A stretch of 62,717 bases of DNA, counting the filler, from Bonamia ostreae (lineage: Eukaryota): assembly GCA_040357525.1 (NCBI GenBank). It is 11 parts of 11 records of this genome, joined end to end, with 100 filler letters (N's around TTAATTAATTAA, not from the genome) between each part and the next. Parts side by side here need not be neighbours in the genome. Positions count along the whole stretch, not along the records: positions 34,457 to 40,040 come from JBDODL010000177.1; positions 40,141 to 45,720 come from JBDODL010000178.1; positions 45,821 to 51,392 come from JBDODL010000179.1; 8 more parts are not named here. One strand, given 5' to 3'. Below, in pieces: positions 35,325 through 48,118 of this stretch (positions within the stretch are counted from its first letter, which is position 1; every line of letters begins with the position of its first letter). The notes under the pieces were generated by a model, which was given only the letters and a program-made list of their open reading frames with translations, ran no database searches and had not been told where the DNA came from. The translations under genes and the position numbers were made by a program.

Positions 35325-35820
35325 ATGGGCGGATGCAAATCAAAACAAAAAAGTCTTCGAAATGTTAAATCAAATAAATCTCAACGAAGAAATGTTAAAG
35401 AGAATGACAAAATTTCAAAATTGGTTGAAAAAATGGCGGGAATACCGGAAAATGAAAAAATGGTCAAAAACGTGAAAAGATTATTAGAAAATAAAACGGC
35501 AGATCAAAATCTCACTTCGGAAATAAAAACGAGCGATGTTTCTGTTACAGATTTTGATGACAACGGAGAACATAATCAAAACGGCGTTAAATTGGAAAGA
35601 GAAGAAAATTTTGGAAATAGAAATGGCGCTAGCTTGACATCGCGTTTTAAAAATAATGTCAAAAAAGAAAAAAAGGTTTTTATATTGCAACAAAATTTTA
35701 AATTTCGACAAAAACATTTTTTAATTTTATTGACCGAATATGTAGCAGTTCTGGGAAAGATTACACGACACGCCATTGGAATGCCAGAAAAACGCACTTG
35801 ATCGCAGAAAAGCAAATTAA
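35325..35820 (+). CDS. Hypothetical protein with an N-myristoylation/palmitoylation-like start
   Basis: N-terminus MGGCKSK; probable intron after KKEKK. Confidence 0.5.
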
Positions 35821-35944
35821 ACTACAAAATTTAAAATGTAATTAATTTCCAAAGTCCGCTTTTTTAAAATTTAGCAATATTTCTTTAGCCACACATCCCC
35901 AATTCTGTCCATTATATTCCATACTTTAAACGATAACAAAAATA

Positions 35945-36525
35945 ATGGCTTACGAGGAAAAATACATGGAAATGGCATTTAAAGAAGCCGAGAGAAGTTT
36001 GAAAAATGGCGAAGTTCCAGTCGGTTGCGTAGTCGTAAAGCGGAAATTCGGAATATGGACGGGCCACAATAGGACGAACGAACTGGAAAATGTTTTAGAA
36101 AATGACGTTTTAAGGCGACAGCGCACAGTGAGATTCAAGTTTTGCAGTCGATTAAAAAATCTCTAAACTCGGAATTCGAAGAAGCTGTCACCGGCTCTTC
36201 CTGGTACATAACATGTTGTTTTTTTCAACGAAGGCGAACCTTGCATAATGTGCGCGTCTGCACTGAAGGCTTTGAAGCCGAAAAACATTTATTTTGCGTG
36301 CATGAATAACCGTTTCGGGGGCGCTGGTTCGGTTTATAACCTTTTTTACGACTGCGAGATATTTTGTTCGCTCGCGGGGAAAGAGAATTATGGCCGAGCT
36401 ATGCAACTTTTTAAGCGGTTTTATCTGTCTGGAAATCCAAATGTTTCGAATTCTATGTTTTAGGCTCCTCCGGAAAAAAGGAAGAGGGATTTGTTGGAGT
36501 TTTTTTGAGTTGGTCAATTTTATAA
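35945..36525 (+). CDS. ADAT2: tRNA adenosine-34 deaminase Tad2/ADAT2
   Basis: YMEMAF.EA...GEVPVGCV, N|ATAHSE, T|CEPCIMC (19-nt intron 36215-36233), NNRFGGAGS and FYLSGNPN. Confidence 0.9.
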
Positions 36526-37077
36526 ATTTTGTTTTTGGGATTGCTGTTTTTTCTTTAGAATTTTATATTCAATATTCTGTTACAATATTTATTATTTGGC
36601 CCAAAAACTACGTTTTTTAAATAGTTGCTTTGAATTCTTTTATTGTCGTCTCTAAAAAATGTCTTAATGTTTCTTTTTTGGCACGTTCTAAATAAGATCC
36701 TGATCAATTTTTACAAATAAGAAGTTTTCTAACCAAAAATTGTTTCTATTTTTTCTTTGTGCGCTAATTGTAATTTTTCTTAATTTTCTTCTTTCTTTAA
36801 CTGCTTCTTCACAGTTTGTCCCACCGTTCATTACCTTTGTATCCAAATATTCTTTCACTTCTAGGGCATGCAGATTTAGCTGCTTCTAGAATGGCGTTGT
36901 GAACTAGTTCAGTGTACATATTAACCATTTGATTATACATTTTTATTATGTCCCATTTATTATGGCTCGTTTGATTTTATATCTTTTACAGTTTTTAGCT
37001 TTTGTTTAATTTTTAGTTTTATTAAAAAATATCAAAATTTTACCAAATTGTACAAATATTAATTAAAATTCAGCATT

Positions 37078-38810
37078 ATGGAGCAGCTGAACAAACTGTA
37101 CGTTTTCATCTGCCCCAAAACAACGGGGGACGCCATGATGCTCAAACCCGGGAGCCTCGCCATTTTGGGGCGAGCCCAGTTCCCAAGATTCTCCAAAAAG
37201 TAAAATTAGCCATTTTAGAATAAGCAGAGAACACGTGGAAATAAAAGTCTTGGACCAAAACCAAGACGGCAAAATTTCCATTAAACCGGTTTCCGCAGTT
37301 TAAATTTAGCTCGCGAAGCCCATTTTTTACAAGAAACACGGCGAAAAGTGGAAACGGCTTTTGACAGACGAAGAAACGTACCTCGGCCAAAAAGACGTGT
37401 TTTCTCTCGACAGAAACATTGACGAAAATCTCAACTCCACTTTTTACATTCGCTACTGCTCCGTCGGCGATTTTAATCGGACGGAAGGCAACAAAAGTTC
37501 GCTTTCCGTAACAACTTAAGAAATCGGGTCGATTCCGAACGAACAAGAAAAAAAAGAAGAATTGCAAAACGAACGAAACTCAATCGTCATTAATTGGAAT
37601 TACCAAAATTTTCGATCGATGAAACCACCAAAATACAGTTTTGAGATTATTGTTAAAATTTGCATATTTTTGTGGTTCGTTTTTAGATCACCCCAATTTC
37701 GGCACTGTTTTGATTCAAAAACGAGAAAAATTTAATTGGAAAATGGAACTGCTCAACTATGTCAAAAATGGCTACAAGCTTCCAAAGTACTCCGAATCGA
37801 TATATTTCGAAGACGAAACGTGCGTTATCATGTTAATTAGCGAAAATAAAATTTAGATACGACTCGTTTAACAAGTCCCAGCGACATTTGTTGGTGTTGC
37901 CACGGCAGCATTTGTTGTACTTGGCTGATTTGAATCGAAGTCACATAAGTTTAATTGAGTCGATGGCAGAACGAGCAGAATGGATTTCTGAACAGTTTTT
38001 TGACAAATGGCACTTTTAAGAATATTTTACTTTTTGATTTTTCCAATTTTATTGCGATTATGCCAAAAAAATTGCAAAATTTTGTTTTAAAAGCAATTTT
38101 TATTCGAATAAATTAAATATTTTTGTTTCGAAAGCGATTTTTACGCGAATTTGCAAACTATCAAAATTGCAAAATTTTGTTTTAAAAGCAATTTTTATTC
38201 GAATAAATTAAATATTTNNNNNNNNNNNNNNNNNNNNNNNNNNNNNNNNNNNNNNNNNNNNNNNNNNNNNNNNNNNNNNNNNNNNNNNNNNNNNNNNNNN
38301 NNNNNNNNNNNNNNNNNTTGTTTCGAAAGCAATTTTTACGTGAATTTGCAATCTCAAAATTGCAAAATTTTGTTTTAAAAGCAATTTTTATGCGACAAAG
38401 TGCAAAATCTAAAATACGATTAAAGCTATGAAAAAGAAGAATCAATTAAAATGATTTCTGGTTTTCATGCAAATCCTTCAATGGCACAAATCCATTTACA
38501 TGTCATTTCAACTGATTTCAATTCCAACTTTTTACGCAAACAAAGCCATTACAATTCTTTCAACACTCCTTTTCTAATACCTCCACGTAAAATATCTGAA
38601 CTGTTGGCGAAATCGGGCCAAATCAGCCTAAACACATCCCATTATTCAAAAATGTTATTTAGTGAAATGTGTTGCAATCGTTGTAAAAACAGTTATAAAG
38701 AAGTCAGAGAATTAAAAAATCATTTGTCGAATTGTGTCCAAACCGAATTTGATGATAGTTATTTGAACGAAGACGTTATGGTTAAGAATAAGGAGATGCA
38801 ACATAATTGA
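37078..38810 (+). CDS. APTX: Aprataxin (FHA, HIT and zinc finger), multi-exon
   Basis: Spliced FHA LGRAQF...ISREHVEI; HIT RHLLVLPR, GFHANPSMAQIHLHVIS.DF and HYNSFNT; C-terminal CNRC...HL..C. Confidence 0.88.
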
Positions 38811-38968
38811 TTTGAGTAATTAAATAAATTAAAATAATTTTTTTTAATATCGTCATTTTAGCAATTCGGCAAAATAAATAAAATTGCAAAGATTTTCTTT
38901 TTGGCAATTCCGAAATACTTTTCTAAATCCAAAAACGCATTTTTATAAATAGTAAAAACCGTTTCAAA

Positions 38969-39724
38969 ATGCATAATAAAAATTCAATTTGCTCAGATTA
39001 TTGGAACGACTTTTATTCTAAAAATGTTAAATTTTGTCAATTAAGATTGCACCGGAAACCCCAACTGATTTTTCAAAATATATTACCAAAAAATATTTAA
39101 CTCGACCAAATAAAATCCTCGACGTTTCATAACATTTACATATTTGCAAATTTAACAAAGCAAACAAAAAATTTAAAACAACTTTCGAAAAAGATTGGCT
39201 GTGGAAACGGTCGCGATTCCGCGTACTTCAGTATGTTGGGACATAAAGTTTTTTGCTTGGAACCGGCGCAAACCGCAAAACTTGAAATGCTTTGCGAACT
39301 TTACGACATGGCTCTCTTCAAAGTTTTTTTAATAAAAAGAAAGATAACGATATCAGAAATGGACAATGTGTTGAAAAGCGAACGTTTTGATTCGATTTAT
39401 TCTCGATTTTCTTTGCATTCCGTCAGCAGCGACGACCAAAATCGCCTTTTGGATTATTGCAAAGATCATCTGAACCGAAACGGACGTTTGTTTATCGAAG
39501 TGCGTTCGACCGAAGACGCGCTTTACGGCCAAGGAAAGAAAGTTGAAGAGGAAAAGAACGCTTTTATGACGGATCATTACCGTCGATTCGTCGATCAAGA
39601 CGAATTGTTACAAGCGCTGCGGAAAAGGGGTTATTGCATTGTGGAAAGTGTGAAAGGAAAAGGTTTGGCTGTAAAAGGGAACGAAGACCCGATTGTCATC
39701 AGAGTAATCGCGTATATTAAATAA
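38969..39724 (+). CDS. Class I SAM-dependent methyltransferase, 3 exons
   Basis: YWNDFY, ILD|IGCGNGRDSAYF, YSRFSLHSV, GRLFIEVRS and DHYRRF. Confidence 0.82.
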
Positions 39725-40339
39725 TATTGTTCATTAATTTTTGACAAAAAAATTTGCAAATTGTTATTTATTAGTTCTAGCTTTGACAAAAGTGGTAATA
39801 TTAAGTCTGATTTCGTCGTTTTGTTTAGAAAATGGCAAAAATTCGCTGAGCAAGAATCTGTTTTCCAAAAGTTTGTATTGGAACCAGTGACCATTGTCAC
39901 TTTCCCAAAACCTTTTTCTCAGTTCTAAGAGTTTTTCAAATGAAGGATTGTTTTCATCAACGATGTTCAAAGTTTCTTCCAAATTTTTGTTGGAATCAAT
40001 GTTTTTCATAAATTCTTCTTCGCTTTTTTATTTTTTTTGGNNNNNNNNNNNNNNNNNNNNNNNNNNNNNNNNNNNNNNNNNNNNTTAATTAATTAANNNN
40101 NNNNNNNNNNNNNNNNNNNNNNNNNNNNNNNNNNNNNNNNTCAAAAACAAAAAAAATTATTAAAATTTAAATTCGAAAACAAAAAACAAAAAATAAAAAA
40201 AATTATCAAAATTCAAAAACAAAAAATTTAAATTCGAAAACAAAATTATCAAAATTTAAATTCGAAAACAAAAAAATATCAAAAATTAAAATTCGAAAAC
40301 AAAAAAATATCAAAAAATTAAAATTCAAAAACAAAAAAA

Positions 40340-41747
40340 TTATCAAAAAATTAACTTTTACAATTTTCCGATTAAGTTCGGTTATCAAATCGTTATTTTT
40401 ATTATTATTCATAATCAAATTTTCAATTTCAAATTCTTTCGAAGACAACAAAGCCAATTTTGCTTTGATTTCTCCACCGGAATTGTTTAACATTATATCC
40501 TTCCTCAACACTTCTTTTCTAGATTTTTACATAATAAAATTCCGCAATTTAAAATTTATCTTTTTTAAGAAACCGAGCAGTTTCCAATATTTTCTCCAAA
40601 TCATTCAAATTCATTTTCAAATTTTCAATTTCTTTTTCTTTTTCGTTTATCGTTTCTTTCGATTTCTTAAATTTTTTTGTTTAAACAAAAAACCTGAAAA
40701 TTAATATTTAGACATTCGAATTCATTTTTAGAGTTTTCGATCAATTTTACATTTTCTCTCAAAACTTTTCGCTGATCAGTTTCAATTTTCGCCATTTTTT
40801 CTTCGTACTCATTTGTCGTTTTTTTAATTTTTGACAATAATCTTTCGTTCGTTTCTCTTTCGTTTTCTAATTCGTCTTTAAATTGAACAAAATTTATTTT
40901 TAAACTTTTTATCGATCGCAATTTTCTTTCGATTTTGTTAAAATTTTCTTCATATTCTTCATTTTTCAAATTTGATTCTTTTTCTTTGTTTTCTAGTTTT
41001 TCAACAATTTTTTCTTTTTCGTCTTCAATTTTCTCTGAATTTTCTAATTTTTTAGTTTTGTTTTTTATAAGGAAATTTTTTTATTTTTTGGCTAAATATT
41101 TTTGAATAAATTTTTTTAAGTCTAAAATTTTTTTTTCGTCCAAATTTTTGTTCTAAATATTTTTGAATAAATTTTTTTCAGTCTAAAATTTGTTCTCTAC
41201 TAAAAATTTTGAATAAATTTTTGGCTAAATATTTTCAACTGTCAAATATTTTATTTTATGATAAACCAATTAAAGTTGTCCTTTCATTTTTCAACATTTT
41301 AATTTCCGAAATTCGATTTGAAAGCAAAATTTTTAGTCGTTTTTCATTTTCTAACAACTTATCTTTTTCGATGTCGACAACACTTTCTCGTCTTTTTATC
41401 TCAATTCGCATTTGCTCCAAATCTTTTCTGTTTTTATCAATTTCTTTATTTTTGTTTTCGATCAACTGATTTTGAAATTCTCTCAAGCTCAACTCTTTTT
41501 CTAGCTCCGCTTTAACATTTTAAAATTTTCCGAAAATACAAAAAATGGAAAAACCTTCCAATTCTTTTTTCTCTTGATCAATTGATTTGATAACTTCACG
41601 GAGACGGCTAGTCGACAAATTGAACAGACCTCTTTTGATAATTTTGCTTTTTGAAGCAATTTTTGTCAATCGAGTTCTTTTCGTTTTTTTGGAAAGATTT
41701 TTTGTGTCAATAGCGAGTCTTTGTTTACGAATGTGAAAAGAAGCCAT
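40340..41747 (-). CDS. Hypothetical coiled-coil protein, multi-exon, 3' truncated
   Basis: E/K-rich minus-strand ORF fragments separated by introns. Confidence 0.5.
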
Positions 41748-42735
41748 TTTCGATTAAATTTTTATTTTTGATATTTACTGTTAATCGATAATAGTCGAAA
41801 TGCGAAATTTAGTTTTTTACAAAAAAACTTGGTTTTGAGGTGATTTTTCTGTTCTAAAACATTGTTGGTTTTGGGGGCTGTCAGATTTTTAGCATTAAGG
41901 ACGCTCACACGCGGATGTAACAAAGATCGCTTATTCTGGCAATTTTTTAAATATTTTTAAAAAACGGTGTCCATTTTGAGTCGTCTAAATGATCTTATTT
42001 TCAGTTTTATCGGGTTTGTTTAATTGTAATATTGCTAAAAATGTTGTTATGGAAAACAATATATTTCAAAGTTTAATAAATCGCAATTTCCACTTTCTCT
42101 GATTTGTCGATTGTTTGATTTTTCAAGATAGCAGCGTCTCTGGCCTTCTTTTTTTTCTTTTTAATCTTCCTTTTTCTTTTTTTGGCAAAATTTGGAGGAT
42201 TATTTTGTAACTCAACAACTTCTGGCGCAAATTCTTTTTTGCTTGTCTCAATTTCATCTATAAAATCTGTTTTGTTTTTCTTTAGATAGTTCTGTTAATT
42301 GAACTTTTTACAATGTAAAAACTTTGTAAATTTGTTCCAAATTATCCTTTTAGTTTATAAATTTTAAAAATCAATTTTTGTTCCAAAAATTCACAAATTG
42401 CATTGATTTTTTTCAATTTGACGAATTTTAAAAACAGGCGTTGGATGGTAATTTTCGTTTTTTGCCATTAAAATAAAAGTGTTCTTTTTAAACATAATTA
42501 AATATAACATTCCTTCTCACCTAAAGTTTAAGATTGCTAAAAAAACGAGCATGACAACAATGGCAATGGCAATTGATATAATGGAAATGATGACGAGTAT
42601 CAATGTGGCCCACGAAACCCTATTTGAAACGTCTACTGAAGACATTAAGAAAATATTTTTTCCAAGCAACTTTTTATACTAAAAACTTTAAATTCACTAA
42701 TGCGATAAATTTTAAATGGATTATCGCAAAATCAG

Positions 42736-42915
42736 TTTTGACGAACAAAAATTGCGACTTTCGTTAAAATTATTTTTATAAGCCCAAAATAATTTTTAAC
42801 GAACAAAAATGGCGACTTTCGTTAAAATTATTTTTTATAAGCCCAAAATAATTTTTAACGAACAAAAATGGCGACTTTCGTTAAAATTATTTTTATAAGC
42901 CCAAAATAATTTTTC
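42736..42915. repeat. Tandem ~59-nt repeat, 3 copies
   Basis: acgaacaaaaatggcgactttcgttaaaattatttttataagcccaaaataattttt repeated. Confidence 0.9.
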
Positions 42916-43067
42916 CAGTTTTGCAACATTTAATTTATTCAGAAAACAAAATTATTTTTTATAAAAATGATCTTAAAATATATATAATCACTTATCATAT
43001 AATAATAATAAAAGCTCATAAATTAATCGCAAAAGCTCTATTAGAGTTTGTCATATAATATTTGGAC

Positions 43068-44743
43068 ATGGCGTTTGGAAATCAGTGGCGTCCATCTTGC
43101 CATTTTGCTGTAGCTAAAATAGACGACTTAATTGATAATCCGAAAATGAGCTCAAATTCGAAAGAGATTTTGAATTTGAACAACAACGCTCTAATGGCAG
43201 CAACTCTTGGATTCGAACCTAACCATAAATGGGTTTTTTAACTTTAATATTAAAAACATACAAAAGTCCGAAGTTTCTAAAAATCAACTAAATTCTGATA
43301 TTTTGCAAAACGAGTTTTGCGACGTTATCGGTCAAATGAACGAAATTAATTTGAACGACAATTCAAACCAAAATTCGATAAAGGAACAACAACACAGATT
43401 GATTTCGTTCTGTTTCTCGAAAAAGGAGTCGTTGATGCTCCAAAATTACATTAAGAACGGAAAAGCTGACCGAATCCACGTTTTTGCAATTAATGAAATT
43501 TAGGACGCGTTCAAATCTTCGCCGAAAGAAATCTGTCGAGTTTCCAAGAACGTCTTCGGAAACTATGTTATCCAATTATTGTTACAATTCGGTTTTATTA
43601 TAAATTTGAGCTCTTAAAATCGAAAATTTTTATATTGCAGTTTTCTAATAATTTTTGCCATAAAATGATTTGCAATTTTGATATTTTGTCGTTCAAAACA
43701 TCTCCCATTTTAGACAAAACATCCTTCGTCCATTCTCATTTTCAACAAAACACAAAAATTTAGGTCATTTCATTTAATCAAACATTTGATTAAACAAACT
43801 CAACAACCACAAAACTATTTATTTTCAATTATCAACATTTTCCATTATTTTGTAAGCTCAAACACAAAAAAAATATTATATGCCGAACACCTAAAAAAGG
43901 TACAGACCAACAAAAAGATCACATCAGCGACAAAATAAGCGATAACTGCAAAGATCTGGCTTTTAACAAGTACGGTTCGCGCGTCGTAGAAACGGCGATA
44001 AAACACGCAACCGACAGAAACGCAAAAAAATTCATTAAAAACTTACAAGACAAATTCGTGCAATGTTCCATCGACATTAACGGCACTCACATTGTCCAGT
44101 CGCTAATCGAAAAAGACGCGGAAATTGCAAACAATGTTCTAAACGACGAAGAAGTCATTTTCTTGTTGTCTAAAGACACTAATGGCAGTCGCGTAGTGCA
44201 GAAGATGATACTTTATTTTCGCGGGGCAAAACAAAACGATCTTTTGGAAAAAATAATGTCCAAAATCAAAGTTTTGGTTTTGGACAGAAACGGAAATTAT
44301 GTCGTTCAAACAATGCTCCGTCTTAGACATCCGAACATTTTTTCTCGGATTTGCGATTTGGTGACTAAAGATATAAGAAAATATAGTTGTCACAAATATG
44401 CGAGGTCACGACTCCATTTTTACAAAAAATTATTTAACAATTCAAATTTCGTAAACTTTAAAGCTTTAGCAAAAAGCTAAAGTTCATAAAATAAAGCAAT
44501 GTCGTCGAAAATTGCGTTCTGCATGGAAGCAAAACCGTGAAAGAAAAAATTTGGCGCTGCATTTTTGACGAAATGAGCACTTTTAATATTTTAGTTAATG
44601 ATCCTTTCGGCAATTATGTTCTGCAAAAACTGATAAGGAACAAAGACAGCAAAACGAGATCTTTGCTGTCGAACAAAATTAAAATGGATTCAGCAATCAA
44701 CGGCGAAAAATTGATTTATTTTCTGAGAAAGCTTAACGAATAA
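43068..44743 (+). CDS. Pumilio/PUF RNA-binding protein, multi-exon
   Basis: Puf repeats VFGNYVIQ, KYGSRVVE, INGTHIVQ, TNGSRVVQ, RNGNYVVQ, KYASNVVE and PFGNYVLQ. Confidence 0.9.
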
Positions 44744-44968
44744 ATTATTGTTTCAGATATTTTTATTCGCAAATTTTTGGTCTTTTACTCGATAAATTTG
44801 GTCTCAGAAATTGGTCCTTTTAATTTTTTTATAAAAATTGGTCTCAAAAATTGGTCCTTTTAATCTTTTGCAAGTCTCAATAATTGTTGATGTTAAAACG
44901 AATATTATTAGTTGAAACCATTTTTGTAAGATTTTAAGCAAATCCGATAAATAACGATTAGCCGATTT

Positions 44969-45604
44969 ATGGTTGAAAAGACCAATTTTGAGGACTTATC
45001 GGATTTGGAAGACTTTGTCGAAGACAAAGCACCGACCGTCAGAACGGAGCGAATCAAAAATTTCAAGTGGGAGAAAGAACCTGAAATAAACAATGTCTTC
45101 GCAGAAGCCTTTTTGGGCTGCGAAATAAATCTGAGGCAATGCGCCAAAAAAATTTTGAATTTTGAGTACCCCCACGAAAACACGTCGCACGGCCTGCTCA
45201 GCTTGAAGAAGCCGCGCGCTTCGGTGCACGTGCACCATGGCGGAAAACTGATTGTAATCGGAATGCCTTCTTTGGAAGCCGCAAAACTGGTTCTGCGGAA
45301 ATGTGCTCGCAGGATACAGCGAATTCACAAGAACGCGTTGTTCGGGTGTTTCAACGTTACGCAATCGTTCGGATCGGGAAAACTGCGACAATGTTTGGAT
45401 CTGGAAAAAATGGCCAAATCGAACAAATTTGCAATATTCAACCCCGAAATAAACAGTTCTTTGTTGTTTCAGAAAAACGGGTCGAAGATGACGGTTTATA
45501 AGAACGGGACGATTACTTGCAGCAGTGTCAGTTCCGGTGCTTTCTTCGACGCTTTCGAAGATCTGCTTCGGAATTTTAACCAATTTTTGATTAAATCTTT
45601 TTAA
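44969..45604 (+). CDS. Divergent TATA-binding protein-like factor
   Basis: Two TBP-like repeats: LGCEINL...KPRASV.V..GGKLIVIG..S.EAAK...RK.AR.IQ and LDLE...FNPEI...VYKNGTI. Confidence 0.72.
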   Translation: MVEKTNFEDLSDLEDFVEDKAPTVRTERIKNFKWEKEPEINNVFAEAFLGCEINLRQCAKKILNFEYPHENTSHGLLSLKKPRASVHVHHGGKLIVIGMPSLEAAKLVLRKCARRIQRIHKNALFGCFNVTQSFGSGKLRQCLDLEKMAKSNKFAIFNPEINSSLLFQKNGSKMTVYKNGTITCSSVSSGAFFDAFEDLLRNFNQFLIKSF

Positions 45605-46062
45605 AATCTCTTTTCAAAATTGAAATATTTCGGCTCAGCCACTTCTGGAAAATTCAAATATTTCTGGAAAATGCAAAATTGGAAAAATAACATAGCAACT
45701 TCAAGTAAATCTTATCTAGANNNNNNNNNNNNNNNNNNNNNNNNNNNNNNNNNNNNNNNNNNNNTTAATTAATTAANNNNNNNNNNNNNNNNNNNNNNNN
45801 NNNNNNNNNNNNNNNNNNNNTTTAACAAATTTTGTAATTTAATATTTTTGCAATTTTCAGCGATTTAACAAATTTTGTAATTTAATATTTTTGTGAATTT
45901 TAGCGATTTAACAAATTTTCCAATTAATATTTTTGCGATTTTCAACGATTTAACAAATTTTGTAATTTAATATTTTTGCAATTTTCAGCGATTTAACAAA
46001 TTTAAGAAAAAATTGATTGTTACATCAATAAAGGGAACGAGATACTTTTACACCCCGAAACA

Positions 46063-46464
46063 ATGATCGAAAATAATAAATTTCAATTTTTGACATCGCT
46101 AAGATACCATATCACAAATGTAAACGAAAGCGATTTCGTTTACGACTACGGCGTGCCGGTTTTTCTTTTAGCCGCCCAATTGGGAAAATGGAGAAATAAG
46201 CAAAACGAGATAAAAGATTTGTTAAAGAGTTTAATCTTTGAAAGTCATTTATATAATTCGAACATGTTTTTGATCAAAATGTCTTTTGAGCTCTTTTTAG
46301 ATGAACAAGAATTCGCAGACATTTTTTCTCAATTGGATTCGCTGCGAGAAATCATCGAATCCGATGAATATCGGGAAATGGTCCAATGTGCAATCGATTT
46401 TCTAAAAAAGCATATTTATGGCCGCGTTACAGTTTTAAGAAATGTCCTTCTGATTTTCGGTTAA
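46063..46464 (+). CDS. Hypothetical protein, 3' exon
   Basis: 133-aa ORF following a repeat-rich, intron-like stretch. Confidence 0.4.
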   Translation: MIENNKFQFLTSLRYHITNVNESDFVYDYGVPVFLLAAQLGKWRNKQNEIKDLLKSLIFESHLYNSNMFLIKMSFELFLDEQEFADIFSQLDSLREIIESDEYREMVQCAIDFLKKHIYGRVTVLRNVLLIFG

Positions 46465-46616
46465 TTTGATCTATTTTAGAGATCATAAAAGTTCTGTTAA
46501 TGAGGAGATATGGTTGAAGATTAAATGGTCGAACATTTTTCACAATAAATTGCAATTTAGCCAATTCGGCCAATTTTTTAATGGGAGACATATTGGAAAG
46601 TGATAGTTCTGTAGAA

Positions 46617-47457
46617 ATGACGTCAATACACAAACGACAAAATTGTGAATTTGACGTTTACGAATGGCAACAATTGGTTAAAAGAATAAACTTGTCAAAG
46701 TTGATTTTTGTAAAATGATATTTTGTCGAAAAAAATTTTAAAATTCGATTGTTTTTTAAAAAGTCGAATAGACAAAATGATATTCGATTATCTCAGTTTT
46801 GAGGGATTTTATGACGCGGCCACTAATTTTTGCAAAGAAGCCAAATTTCAAAGTTTTATCGGTTAATGAAATATTAGTGCCAGAAAAAGAAAAGGAAATG
46901 TTAGTTCTCAGAAAAAGGGTAAAAAAACTTTTAAAATACGACAATTTTGACTCCGCCGTGAAAACAGTTAACGAAACTTGTTCAAATAAAAAAACGGCAA
47001 TTTTTTGGTTAAAAATTTTAAAGATGCAAAATTTTATTGTCAAAAACAAAAATTTGGAGGCAATTAATGTCGCTCAAAACGAGATTTCTAAATTTGATCT
47101 GATTAAAAATGTTTCAAACTTACAAAAATAAAACATTTTTAATGGCCAGAACAATAACTTTTGTAAAAAGGAAACATTATTAAACGAATTAAAAACAGTC
47201 ACTTTGGCGGCAATAACCAAAAAGGAAAATCACGAATTGGAGTTTATTAAGACACGAGAATACAAAGAAGCCGTTATTGAAACAATAAATTTGGAATTGA
47301 AAAGTCATAATTGGAGCTTAAATAGTTTTAAAACACTTATCAAAAAGAACCGCTTTTGTTTAAACAATACAAATTTTTGCTGCACAAACAAAATGAATTG
47401 CGAGAATTTGCAAAATTTCCAGATTTTGAACAAATCATGGCAAAACATTCACGATAA
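46617..47457 (+). CDS. GID8: GID8/Twa1-like LisH-CTLH protein, multi-exon
   Basis: After splicing: EWQQLV..INLS, LisH MIFDYLSFEGFYDAATNFCKEA, CTLH segment, and C-terminal PLL...Q.EL...FP. Confidence 0.7.
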
Positions 47458-47592
47458 CGTGAGGATTAAATGTTAAAAACTTTATGCGAAGTACAAAAAT
47501 AACAATGGACAAATTGTAAAATTTTTGATTTTGTGGCGATTATTTCCATTTTTGGTTTAACAAAAAATGATTTTGTGCAGATTAGAAACGAT

Positions 47593-47871
47593 TTACATAC
47601 AAAACTTGTCGTGTTTTTGTTTACAACGACGGTCCAATTTATCGGTGGCAGATTTCTTTTTAGCTTTTGTGATTTTTTTGGGTTTGTCAGTTTTAAATTT
47701 TAATTTGGATCGAATCAATTTCTTTTTCGATTTTTTTTTCATTTCTTTTTGTTGAGCCAATTCCTCGTCTTTGTTTATTTTTGATATTCTTTGCTTATTT
47801 TTAGGTATTTTAGGTTGCTCTGTTTGTTTGCTCTCGATCGCTTTTTTTTTGTTTTTATCTTCATCAGACAT
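47593..47871 (-). CDS. Hypothetical lysine-rich protein
   Basis: ORF only. Confidence 0.35.
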   Translation of the reverse strand: MSDEDKNKKKAIESKQTEQPKIPKNKQRISKINKDEELAQQKEMKKKSKKKLIRSKLKFKTDKPKKITKAKKKSATDKLDRRCKQKHDKFCM

Positions 47872-48118
47872 TATGAAAATAGTTATTATATTGGGTTATC
47901 CTAGTTAACGTAAAGCTGAAAATAATGGATATCGTACAGAATCAGAATTTTATTATGTCGACGCTTAGTTTTTGAGGATATGCCTTTTTTAACCATTTTA
48001 GAATTCATTTTTCTTTTTTATTAATAAAAAAGTTCCAAAAAAATTTAAATTCGTTTTCGAAGATATGTCGTTTTTGGATTTTATAAAAAAAATTTGCAAA
48101 TTTGCTGATTTCAAATAT

